A stretch of DNA of 64,000 nucleotides from Sphaerodactylus townsendi (GCF_021028975.2 NC_059436.1:36518001-36582000); one strand, 5' to 3'. Positions 12,938-24,411 are shown, counted from the stretch's first letter. Program-made: numbers and translations. The notes: generated by a model from the sequence alone, not told the origin.

Positions 12938-13449
12938 CTGTAGGAAGAAAGTGGAGAGAGAAAAGATTGTTTTATATCAGTGGATGGGAGGACATCAGAA
13001 GAACCTTCAGCTCTTTTGGCTGTTTTGATTTTAGAGGGCATCAAACATGGCTTGTTTGGCTTTGACATATATGCTAAATACCTCTGCAAGTCATCTGTCA
13101 GACATTAAGTGCCAAATATAAATATACATCAGTTATCCAATATTATCACAAACCAAACTCGGATAACAAGGAAGCCAAGCTCTGAAGTCAATTATTTGGA
13201 GAGTGTTCAAAGAACAGCTGGAGAAAATCTGATATGAAGAATCCCAGAGCACTCATTTGTTTAGCTAGACTTCAGCATGTTTCTGCCAGTCCTTTATCCT
13301 GAGGGAAGCTGAAGGTCAACATCTCCCTCTGACCCGATGTGCAGATGATATGAGCATGGCATTCCTCGAATTTCAAGTACTAGGGAGAGAAGCCGCTAAT
13401 CTGAAGTTGCTCCTGAGAAGTTACAATAAATGAAATTCCAATCCCTTAC

Positions 13450-13558
13450 CTTGCCAGCTGCTATCAGCCTCGCTCTCTTCTCCACCTTCCTGGCAAGCAG
13501 TGTTCTGCCCGGGTCCTGAGGCACCTGGCTCTTTCTCACATGCATTTGGGGCCAACTC
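13450..13558 (-). CDS. SCAN-ZNF gene, coding exon 2 (linker ELAPNACEKEPGASGPGQNTACQEGGEESEADSSWQ)
   Basis: TGTTTGTTTTAG acceptor and GTAAG donor. 109 nt, open, phase 0 to 1, which joins the SCAN exon in frame to the zinc-finger exon. Confidence 0.8.
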
Positions 13559-14012
13559 CTAAAACAAACAAGGTGTCAGGCCCGAGAGGACCAGATATTC
13601 TTCCCCCCACCCCCTATCCCTACCTAGATTGTATGTTCCTCAGGGCAAGGCACAGCTTCTTGTATGTTACTCTGTAAAACGCCAGGCACCCTTCAGGCGC
13701 AATAGCAGCAGCTATTGCTTCTTTGCCGTTCTTTCCCACTAGGTAGCAATGGCTGATGTCATAGCTCCCTCATGTTGTGAGGAGAGGAAGAGAAATGAGT
13801 TTGTAAGCAACCTAGAGTCTCCTTACAGGCTTCACATGTAGAATTGTGGAAACAAATCCAGGGCACCAAATAAGAGTCCACTGCTTATGTGGAGTCAAGA
13901 ATCAAACCCAGATCTCCAGAACAGAGTCCACCACTCTTAACCTACACCATGCTGGCTCGCTACACAAAAGGAAACATCTGCTCCCCTCCTGTAGGCACTG
14001 CCCTGTACTCAC

Positions 14013-14765
14013 TTGTTTTTCCCAACTTCGGGCTTTTTCATGCAGCAGGAAACTCTCCAACAGGACTGCCGCTTGGATACAAGTTTCAGGCCCTTGACTC
14101 CTGAGCCAGTTCTGGGTTTCATTTGGCAAGATGGCCAGAAACTGTTCCAGAATCAAAAGTTCCAGGATCTCCTCTTTTGTATGTATCTCTGGCCTCAGCC
14201 ACCAGTAGCAAAGTTCCTGGAGTTGACCATAAATCTCCAACAGATCCTTACCTTCCGGATAGCAGAACTGCCTAAAGCGTTGACGCCACATCTCTGGAGT
14301 AACGCCATGTGTTTTCAAGATGGCCTCTTTCAGTGTTTCATAGTCCTTTACATCGCAGGAGATCTGTCGGATGCTCCCACTGAGGGCTGGTGCGAGTCGG
14401 GTCACCCACTCTTCTTGAGGCCAGTGACAGGCTTCAGCCACCTGCTCAAAGGTGCCCAGGTAAGCCTCAATATCATCCTGTTGAGTTAACAGAGGTGGCT
14501 GCAAGTTGTTCCAAGCTGGAGTAATGGGGGTTTGTAACTCTTTTGGCTGCTGGGCTGCCAAATTCTGAAATGTTATCCTTTTAGTCTGTTCCTTCTTCAC
14601 AGCTTGTGGTAGCCTCAACCCCAAGAGTTCATCGAGGAGTACTGCCTTTTCCACCTTTCCACAGTGGAAGCTTGCTTGAACTTGTTCTTTTTCAACATTG
14701 TGGTCTAACTTTGCTTGGAAGCTGAGACCTTGGACAAGCAGCTCAGCAGCCATTTTGCTTTCCAT
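14013..14765 (-). CDS. SCAN-domain zinc finger gene, coding exon 1 (Gypsy capsid-like N-terminal extension + SCAN)
   Basis: ATG at 14765. Translation has the SCAN signature (PEMWRQRFRQFCY...LQELCYWWLRPEIHTKEEILELLILEQFLAILP..Q.WLR..GPETCIQAAVLLESF). GTGAGT donor follows 14013; 753 nt, phase 0. Confidence 0.9.
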
Positions 14766-14989
14766 GAGGTCATGGATGGTAGCTTAAACTGGAATCTTCT
14801 CTGAACTTGGAGCTCCAAGATAATTTCTCCAGCTCTTCCTTCAATCGATGCAGCTCATAATATCCAACAAAGACCTTTAAGCAGCATGGCAGAATCTGAA
14901 TTTGAGTTTTGGTGTGAGGGGAATAAAATGTGTATTTACCAAGTTCTGGGAAAGGTGTGGAGAAAACATAACAAGACTATATCAAAGAA

Positions 14990-15490
14990 TTAGATCCCCT
15001 TCCTTGCATAGAGTGGAACTTCTCATCTTAGTAAAAAGATAAACTAAATGAGACCATGATAGAGCTTTATAAAATTATGCATGGTCTGGAGAAAGCAGAC
15101 AGGGAGAGAACTTTGCCTCTCTCTCCAAGACGCTGGAACTCATGTTCACTCAACGAAGTAGATTGGCAATAGATTCAGCACCAACAAAAGGTCTTTCATA
15201 TGACACACAATTAATTTGTGGAATTCACTACCACAGGACGCAGTGATGGTTACTAGCATTAAAAGGGAATGAGATAAACTCATGGAGGGTATTTAAATAA
15301 ATGTTAATCAATGGCTATTAACCAGGATAGCTAAGGAGAAACTCCACATTCAGAGGCTGTGTATATCTGAATACTGCTTAGGATCAATAACTGGAGGATT
15401 CATTAGTTGTCATTGCCAAGGGCATGCGGTTGGTTGCGGTGAGAGGCAGCATGCTGGACAAAATGGTTTGATCCAGCTGGACTCCTTTTA
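14990..15490 (+). mobile_element. CR1 LINE 3' fragment
   Basis: ATGATAGAG.TTTATAAAATTATGCATGG..GAGAAAG..GACAGGGAG..GGCAATAGATTCAG..TGGAATTCACTACCACAGG, a typical CR1 ORF2 end. Other fragments at ~690-960 and ~58510-59140. Confidence 0.75.
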
Positions 15491-16787
15491 TATACTTCAG
15501 TTAGCCAAACTAGCCACAGAAAAAGCAGTTGTGTTTTAAAGAGGCCGAGAGAAACAAACCTGGGGCTTTAGAGGTGTTGCTGTTTACTGAGTTGCTGCTC
15601 CTAGAGAGGGCTTGTTTCCTGCCTCTGCTTGCTTCCCTCTTAACCTGCCTATATGTAACTTAACAAACATTAAAATCCCTTCAACATCCAGCACTCCCCC
15701 ACCCCACCCCAAAGTAGGAAGATGCCCCTGCAAATTTGTCCTGGCAACTCTTACTTGCAGGGCTTATACTAAGTAATGGGCTATCCACAGAACTTATTTC
15801 TAATGCTCTGAAGAGACATTAAAGAGCACCTCAGATCAGGTGTAGTTATTTTCCATCAGAACTGACTAGAATCATAGAGTTGGAAGAGACCACAAGGACC
15901 ATCAAGTCATACAAGCTGTCCATTCTGGAGGTCTGGAGCTGGTATCAGCACTTTCAAAACAGAAAGCAAAACTGTTTGGTGGATTTGAACCTTCCAGTTC
16001 TCATTAACCCTTGACCAAATTGAACTGATGTGGTCTTTGTGGCCCAAACAAATAGGCCCGCACAATTAAATTAAAGCAATTAAAGTATCTTGTGGCATTA
16101 AAGAATTGCTCTAATAAGGCTGTCTGTTGTGTCTCCAAGAAGCAATGAGCTCGGCTTGCTCTGGCCTTTTTCTTCTGCCAGTTAGCCTTCTACAAGGATT
16201 ACTCATTCTACATCAGGTGTGATTGGATAATTCACTGGTTCCCAAAGCCAAACAAAAGTAAAATGACTTACCTTCAGAGGTGGGTGCTCTGCACATCACA
16301 GCTCTGAGCTGACTTCCTTCCAGTCTGGTAACATGCTCAAAATAGTCACTTGTGCATAAACTTAGAGATTGCAGTTTTTACTCCTGTGCTTTTTGAGCTT
16401 CTAGTTTTAATTCAGGAAAAGGAGCAAGTTTCAGCTCTCAGAAATTTAGGAAATGTTCATGTGGGTTGTTTGATCTTCAAGTTTCATTCCTATCCCACTT
16501 CTCAAAAAGACCATTTGCTTAGTAAAGTTCTCAGTGAACAAGGAACTGTGCTTTCAGAAGCAGTGTGTATAAGTTTCAGGCACCCATCTCCAAGGGGAAC
16601 CAGGAAGGAGGAACTAACAACCTAGTTTGGTCTCAGACTGCTGCCCAGTTCCGCATAGCTTTAAGGAACAACCTCAGTGTAGATTAGAGAGAAAAACAAT
16701 CCTCCCTTTTACGGAAAGCGAAGGACTGTAGATGCTAGACAATTAGAATTGCCAGCTGGCCTTACTCTTTCTAACTTTCAACTATAT

Positions 16788-16935
16788 CAGGGGTAGGGAA
16801 CCTGCGGCTCTCCAGATGTTCAGGAACTACAATTCCCATCAGCCCCTACCAGCATGGCCAATTGGCCATGCTGACAGAGGCTGATGGGAATTGTAGTTCC
16901 TGAACATCTGGAGAGCCGCAGGTTCCCTACCCCTG
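16788..16935. mobile_element. Palindromic hAT MITE (148 bp), TSD AACTATAT
   Basis: CAGGGGTAGGGAACCTG...CAGGTTCCCTACCCCTG, perfect TSD. Confidence 0.95.
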
Positions 16936-18270
16936 AACTATATGAAACTTCATTTGTAAAATTTCTGCAAGTCAGCTTAATGTGAAAGACAGAGAAAGTA
17001 GACGGGTAGGGAGAATCTTTTGCATTAAAAAAACTCATTTGCTGGAAGGAGAAAAGTTAGAAGAAACTGTGTGAGGATCCTTCTGTATTCAACAGGTGAG
17101 GTTTATTGGCGTTGCCCAAAGCAGACTGTCTCCACTTTTAATGTGCGGAATTATCTTTTGGAGCTTAGTGAGTAGGGGTAATGGAGATCTGTAACCTGTG
17201 TCTATGAGGATAATCCAAATGGAAGCTCTCCAATGAAGAGTTATGATAGTAAGGATATTAATAGAATCAATTTATGACTGATCAGTATATCCATCCACAC
17301 ACTCACTGCATACAAGAGCTAACTAGAAGGAGGCAAGGAAGTGGATAGATTTCAGAGATGGGTGATATTTACCAGTTCAAATCAAATAACTTTATTGACA
17401 ATCTTAGACCAGCAATTAAGAAATTAGCATTATTTATCAGCTCAGTAGAGGTAGGGTCCATCAATAGCAGCAGATAAAAGGGAAAAGGGCCCACACAAAC
17501 TTGAGTGTGTATGCGCGAGGTGAGACAGTGGAGATTAACTAGTCCCATTGTTCAGCCAGGCATGCCTTGGGCCATGGGAAAATTACAGCTTCCAACTTCT
17601 TCCTTCCATCCTTCGACACACAAGCTGGAGACCCAAAGATTCCGGGAAAACTCCATTTTGTGTGGAGCAGTGTTTTCTTCTCATGTCAGTTCCTGTTCCC
17701 CATGCCACTTATAGCACACTATAGTGGGGTGAGGCCCAGGGGCTTCCTTTGACTTAAACTCAGCATAATTTATCCCCAGAATATTTTTGTTGTCCTGAGT
17801 GCAGATTTCAGCCCCAAAATGGTTATAAAATATCAGTACTCAGTTCTAGAACACATGAAGCAATTGTGTCAAAATAGTGTGTTGGAGCATGTGCAGAGTG
17901 CAATCCCTCCACCAGTAAGTAAATATAACGAGTCCCCTCTGTCAGGGGTAGCCACATGCAAGGAAAGCAGGATTCCACCTGTACCTTTGAGCCAGCAGGG
18001 TATAGTGGTTAAAATGAAGAGTTTCAACTGGGGAGACCAGGACTCAATTCCCTGCTCAGCCAAAAACCTCACAGGGTGGCCTCAAGCCAGCCATTCTCTT
18101 GCAGCTTAACTTGCTTATATGGTTGCTGCAAAGATTAACAAGGGGGCAGGGGGAAAAGAAGGCAATCCAGCATGCACTGCCCTGAGCGCCTTGAAATGAG
18201 GGCAAAATAAGAGTGAAAGAGTGTAGAAGAGGATGGGTTACCCATTAGAAAGCAAAAATACCACAGCTCC

Positions 18271-18414
18271 AGCTCAAACACATGCACACGCAAAATAATG
18301 CATCTTCAAACCACTTTCACAACTATTTGCAAGTGGATTTTGCTATTCCGCACAGCTTCAAAGAGCACTGAAAGCAGTTTGAAAGTGCATTATTCTGCAT
18401 GTGCGGAATGAGCC
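18271..18414. mobile_element. Harbinger-type MITE related to 1072
   Basis: Shares GCA(G/A)AATAATGCA...TGCATTATTCTGCATGTGCGGAA arms; left end eroded. Confidence 0.7.
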
Positions 18415-19194
18415 ACAGGGATAGACAGCAGGAGCCCTCTTCCCTTCTAAGAAGGGGTGCTTTGCAAGGTAGAAGATAGCTCTCCTAGGCTCACATCCCA
18501 GCACTTCTTGCAGAAGGAAAAGAGGGCATTGCTACTGGTTTAGGACAGTATTTTGTTACCTGGACTCGTTACCTTTACTATCAACCTACTCTCAGATTAA
18601 TCATCCACCCACCCTGCCCAAGCCCTTCTCTTTATTTCATCCCCAGATCTGTACTTTTTTGTTGCACTCTCTATTGCCCAAATGCCTTTAGCCAACTTAC
18701 CCAGCTGCCCGCTCCTGTGAAGAACACAGCTAGAAACTTGTAGAACTGGCCTTAGCTCAGAGCAGAGCAGGAAGTCAGAGTGCTGTTACCAGAGATGTAT
18801 ACATGCAAGGACCTGCATGTGCCTACATGTGCTTATTTCTACAGCCACTCTAGAAAACAGTCCTCTTTGGAATTAACTCTTAGGGAGACCACTTGGCAAT
18901 TAATTTCCATACATAGGGCTGTGAATGCTCTGACTGCATGGAAGCACTAAATTCAGCTGCATAATGACCTGACCTTCATGTAAATCAGATCAAGCTTCTA
19001 ATTCTTACAGCACGAAGAAACACTCAGCAGCAACTAGGCATTACATGCTATACTCTTTTCCACCAAAAGATGACAGTAAAAGTATATTAATCCATTTCCT
19101 GGACCTTTTTTGTTCTAGAATGCTCCACTTGGGTCCTAGTGCCTACCTAGTTTTGTACCCCCACCCCCCACCCCCAAGGCAGTAGGACCCAAAC

Positions 19195-21337
19195 CAGGGG
19201 CGTAACGAGGCAAACTGTAGCCCTGGGCAAAACCTGAGTTGGATGCCCCCCCCCCCCGCCCCCATGGTCGGCCACTTCACCACGACCAAAATATTTTTGC
19301 ACCAGGACATTGGTGCGTGCAGGGGATGAATTTTTAGACACATCAGCACTAAAATTTCAGCATATCATCAGGAGACTGTCCTTATGCTACCCCCCAAGTT
19401 TGGTGAGGTTTGGTTCAAGGAGTCCAAAGTTATGGACTCCCAAAAGGGGTGCCCCATCCCCCATTGTTTCCAATGAGAGCTAATCCTCAAATTGCGTGCC
19501 CTATGCAGCCCTTTGTCTGGAGTTAGGTCAAAACTCCTTGGAATCAGCCGCTTGGCTGAGGGCTTTTAGATTCTGGCTGCAAATTCATTTTCTCTCAGAC
19601 TGTAATTCCCTGGTCCACCGTCTGCTCTCTGACACCCATTCCAACCCCTGGTTTTCCATAATTGAAGAAAAAATGGCCTCTATTGGACTGTCAGTGGATT
19701 CACTTTGCCCTTTGTCCTATTCAGAAGCTTATAGAAAATTAAAAGGTCAACTATTGGATAGAGAGTTCTCTATCCTAATCACCGCAGCCGAGAAAACATG
19801 CTCCTCCCTGTATTTTTGTCGCCCATTTCAACAGGACCACTTGGCACACTACCTGTATTGCTTAATAAACCCTGCTCAAAGGAGAGCCATAATGCTTGCC
19901 AGGTTTAATGTTATGCCTTCTGCCTTGTTACATGGCAGATTTAATAAGCAAGAAAAGGCTAAAAGATTGTGCCCATGTAATGATGGCTCAGTTGAATCTC
20001 TGGCCCACCAATTACTCTGGCCCACCAATGTCTCAGATTGAAGGAAATCAGATCTAAGTATGTGAATCTTACTCCTTTACATTTACCAGATCTCCCCATT
20101 TTAATTAGATTACACTACTTGTTGGACAATCCTGATTCTTCTCTCTGTATGATAGTGGCAGACTTTATCTTGGAAATTACTAAACGCTAATAGATTTCCT
20201 TTGACCTAACATTTATTTCCTGTATTGTATATGCTTTTTAATCATTTTTATTATTGTTGCACGGTTGTCTATGCCAATAAAGGCTTGCAATGGGAGCTAA
20301 TAAGAGATGGGGGCTACAGTTTTGAGGGTCCATAACTTTGGCCCCTCTGAACCAAACTGCACCAAACCTGGGGGGTATCATCAGGGCAGTCTCCTGATGA
20401 GTCCCTGAAAGTTTTGAGACTGTACCTTCAGAAATGTGCCCCCCCCAGCCTGCAACCCCCATTGACAGGAATACAGAAAACTCAATGCAGAACAAAGATT
20501 CTTGGGCAAATTTCTGGGATGTTCCTGCAGGGGGCGCATTTTTTGATGTATCAGCACCAAAATGTCAAGTATCATCTGGAAACCGTCCTAATGGGACCCC
20601 CCCCCCCCAGGTTTGGTGCAGTTTGGTTCAGGGGCCAAAGTTATGGACCCTCAAAGGTGTAACCCCCACCCACATTCTTTGCTAAGGAGGTGGGGCTACC
20701 CTTTGAGGGTCCATAACTTTGGACCCCCTGAACCAAACTGCACCAAACCTGGGGGGTGCCATCATGACAGTCTCCAAATGATACCATGAAAATTTGGTGC
20801 TGATACGTCCAAAAATGCCCTCCCTACAAGAACATCCCGAAATTTGCCCAAGAATCTTTGTTCTGCATTGAGTTTTCTGCATTGCTGTCAATGGGGGTTG
20901 CAGGCTGGGGAGGCACATTTCTGAAGGTACAGTCTCAAAACTTTCAGGGTCTCATCAGGAGACTACCCTAGTGATACCTGCCAGGCTTGGTGCAGTTTGA
21001 TTCAAGGGGGCCAAAGTTATGGACCCTCAAAACTGTAGCCCCCATCTCCTATTAGCTCCCATTGGAAACAATGGGGGATAGGGACACCCCCTTTGAGAGT
21101 CCATAACTTTGGACTCCCTGAACCAAACCTCACCAAACTTGGGGGGGTAGCATAAGGGCAGTCTCCTGGTGATAAGCTGAAATTTTGGTGCAGCTACTAG
21201 CCTAAAAACTGCACCCCCTGCAGGCCAAAAATGGAAAACCACTAAAATACCCAAAAACGAAACCAGCATTTTGATGCCCCCCACAAGGTGATGCCCTGGG
21301 CAGCTGCCCACCTTGCCCAATGGGCATTACGCCAGTG
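19195..21337. mobile_element. Non-autonomous hAT (Tip100-like TIR) element with internal inverted repeats, TSD ACCCAAAC
   Basis: CAGGGGCGTAAC...ATTACGCCAGTG. TSD at 19187-19194 and 21338-21345. Six alternating-orientation copies of CCATAACTTTGG..TGAACCAAAC..CACCAAAC. Confidence 0.85.
19485..20287 (+). mobile_element. 5'-truncated LINE (RTE-X-like) 3' end, 14-bp TSD
   Basis: ORF 19496-20041 encodes a post-RT C-terminus with CPC...ES..H zinc-knuckle (RRAIMLARFN...RLCPCNDGSVESLAH) and a frameshift. Ends AATAAAGGCTTG. TSD CAATG(A/G)GAGCTAAT at 19471-19484 and 20288-20301. Confidence 0.8.
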
Positions 21338-21489
21338 ACCCAAACAGAGCACTCTAAGACAAAGAGGGTCCAGGAAATGGTGGATTAATATACAATTCTG
21401 TCATCTTTCAGTGGAAAAGAGTATAGAAGCCATAACTGTAGCTAAGACTGCCAACATTTAAGAGATGGTCGACACTCATAGCACTGTCT

Positions 21490-21830
21490 GTGTGTGTATT
21501 AAGTGCCATCAAGTCACTTCGGACTTAAGGCGAGCCTATGAATTAATGACTTCCAGAACATCCAATCGTTAACAGCTTTGCTCAGGTCTTGCAAATTGAG
21601 ATTTGTGGCTTTGTTTATAGAGTCAATCCATCCCATGCTGGGTCTTCGTCTTTTCCCGCCTTCAACTTTTCCTAGCATTATTGTCTCTTCAAGTGACTCG
21701 TCTTCTCATAATGTGACAAAAGAATGATAGTTTAGTAATTTTGGCTTCTAGGGTTCACTTGATTTGATCTAGAACCCATTTATTTGTCTTTTTGGTGGCC
21801 CACAGTACCTATAAAACTCTCATCCAGATG
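21490..21830 (-). mobile_element. RTE/BovB-type LINE 3' fragment
   Basis: AAGTGCCATCAAGTCACTTCGGACTTA..GGTCTTGCAAATTGAG..GAGTCAATCCATC..TTTCCTAGCATTATTGTC; mirrored by the + copy at 40885. Confidence 0.7.
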
Positions 21831-23099
21831 CCACAATTCTAATTTATTTTAATTTTGTTAAGCTTAGCTTTCCCATCCTTTCCTAGCCAAAGCTGAGCTT
21901 GGGGCAACTCGCTTACATACTTATGCAAATACCAAATATAACAAACACAAATACAAAAAACATTAAAACTACAGTGTCAGTAAACAACATAGATCCTAAG
22001 GATGGCAGTAAAAGTTAATTCATTTCAGGTTCCATTTCCACACGCCAATAGCCTAAAAATTCCTTCTCCCACCCCAAAGCAATCAGCTGGAGGGTGGGGA
22101 GAAGAGGGTGCAGATTGGGAGGCCACTAGATAGTAAAAACTGTAGCTGCCTCAACCAAAGGCCCAGTGGAACACCTGTCTTGAATTCACCTTCTTCCTTT
22201 CAGTTTTCATTGCCCATTGTTGTACGGTGACAGTAAGTGCCTCTGGAAGGGCAAATCCACCAGCACAGTGGTGTGCTGCTCCCTGAAGCAGATTCATTCC
22301 CCCCCCCCCTCTGAAGCTGGGACATCCTACATGCTTCTTCTTCCCACAACAGGCACCTTGTTACATATGTAGTTCTGGCCCAAGATCGCCCAGCGGGCTT
22401 CGTGTGGAGTGGGGAATCAAGTAGAGTTTTTAAAATATTTTGCCTGTACATTCTGTTAAGTACACCAAATGGCAGTTTTATATGCTAAATTATAATTCTG
22501 TTGCTAAAGCAGAGTTTATGTTTGATTAAGTATTGCATATATTTCAATTCCCTCAGAATTTGACACCTCCCAAACTACATTTTTCATGGCTTTAAATTTT
22601 CCAGAAACAGTAATCTCTGTTCCTACCATATGAGATATATACATACATGGTTTTTCCAAATGATACATATTGTTTTCCACCCATGCCCCAAACACATCTG
22701 TAATAAAATCTTGTTACTGGGAGGGCTTACAAATTGGTAATATGCACACTTGCTTTGCATGAACAACTGCCAAGATCAGTCCTTAGCAGCTTCAGTGTAA
22801 GGGGTCTCCAGAAGATGGGGGTAGAATCACTGATGCTTTTTAGCCTTATTTCCAGTCATTCAGAAAGTTACCACCTCCAGGAGGGGCTTGGAAATCACCC
22901 AGAATTAAACTTGTTTCGACTACATAAATCAGTTCCCTTGGAGGAAATAGCAACTTTGGAGGGTAGATCCTGTGACATCATATACCTGTTGAGTTCTCTG
23001 CCCAAACACCCAAGACATGACTAAATCTACAGCAATTTACCAGACTGGAATTGGTAACCCTAAGTACATGCCATACTGCATTAGATAAATGCATTAGAT

Positions 23100-23247
23100 C
23101 AGGGGTAGGGAACCTGCGGCTCTCCAGATGTTCAGGAACTACAATTCCCATCAGCCTCTGTCAGCATGGCCAATTGGCCATGCTGGTAGGGGCTGATGGG
23201 AATTGTAGTTCCTGAACATCTGGAGAGCCGCAGGTTCCCTACCCCTG
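23100..23247. mobile_element. Palindromic hAT MITE (148 bp), TSD CATTAGAT
   Basis: Reverse-complement copy of the 16788 element, perfect TSD. Confidence 0.95.
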
Positions 23248-24365
23248 CATTAGATAAACCAACACACTGAAGAGCAATAAAACTGTTCCATATTCTCTTC
23301 TCCCATCAACCAATGTGACGCCTGCAGAGATCCTCCAGAAGAAGAGAAGGCTTTTTGCCAGGAAACTTATGCAAATCTATGCCTCAGCATACAATAAAAA
23401 CACTTTTTCTAATCAGTAGATTATTGGCCTGGCAGTTGGCTGGCCAATAGGAAATACAAGTTTTAATCTCCGCCCAGCAGAATGGGGGAAAAATCAGTTG
23501 GGCTCCTTGTCCCAACACTTCCAGAGAAAGATCTAATCAGAGTGTTTCATGTGAGTTGCCAATTTTTTAAAGCCACTTTGAAGCCAACATAGTGGAGTGG
23601 CCAGAATGTCAGATCTGGAAAACCCCAGTTCAAATTTCCACTGGGCCATGGAGGCTCCCTGGGTGATCTAGGGCCAGACACTTGCTCTTAGGGTAACAAA
23701 CCTCACAAGGGTTGTTGTGAAGAAGATACACTGGATGAAGGGAAAATGATGTTCTCTCCATTGGAGAGAAGTGGGGGTACAAAATCTGAGCAAAATCTTG
23801 CCTGGCATGCAAATGCCCAATTCACATTACGACTGCTGCACTGAATATGTCTGTGGGTGAAGTTTTCCACATGGGGCAAACAGTGATTCCCTAGAGCAGT
23901 TTCAGATTTTTAAAAAGTGGTAGGAAAAGGCTTAAACGCCATTCCCTTCACAATAATGATCCAAATTGAGCCCCTATGAGTTACTAAAACAAACTTTATT
24001 TAATTTTAAAATTTAATACTACTACTACTAATAATAATAATACTGCATTTGCATATTTATATTGTTCCTAGTCAAGAACCTTCTCCATTTATGAAACAAC
24101 TACCTCCCTTTTTAATCTATGCAATTTAACTCTTTTTAACTGCACTGGGAACTTGTAGCTGTTTAAGTTAACAGTTTAAAATAAAATAAACCCTGGGAGG
24201 CCTATGTTTTAATACCCTTGCAATAAAATGTGATACAGGTTGCAGTATTTTCCACACAAAAACCAGACATTCTCCACCTTTCAAAGCCCTTGAGGTTGAG
24301 CCGCTCTGAACTGAAGTAGGCGGTCCTAGCAAAGAAAAGCCAACAACTTTGAAAGACAAAACATC

Positions 24366-24371
24366 TTTAAT
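24366..24371 (-). terminator. RPL35: RPL35 polyadenylation signal ATTAAA
   Basis: ATTAAA about 40 nt after the stop codon, followed on the minus strand by T/GT-rich sequence. Confidence 0.7.
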
Positions 24372-24411
24372 GGGAAAAAGGAAGCCAGCCGGGCAGCCGG
24401 GCACCAGAAGC

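Larger units (their letters stand above)
19051..21423. mobile_element. TA-flanked (Tc1/mariner-type) MITE split by nested insertions
   Basis: Arm TACTCTTTTCCAC..GATGACAG..TATATTAATCCATTTCCTGGACC (19051-19125) is the reverse complement of 21346-21423. TA on both sides. Confidence 0.7.

Noticed and set aside
13902-14012. C-terminal tail of the 287-aa ORF (VSTGQCLQ...)
   Set aside because: Read-through into the intron past the GTGAGT donor; the spliced model joins to 13558 instead.
19496-20041. 181-aa ORF as a host gene
   Set aside because: It is the C-terminus of a LINE ORF2 with a frameshift, bounded by a TSD and nested in a DNA transposon.
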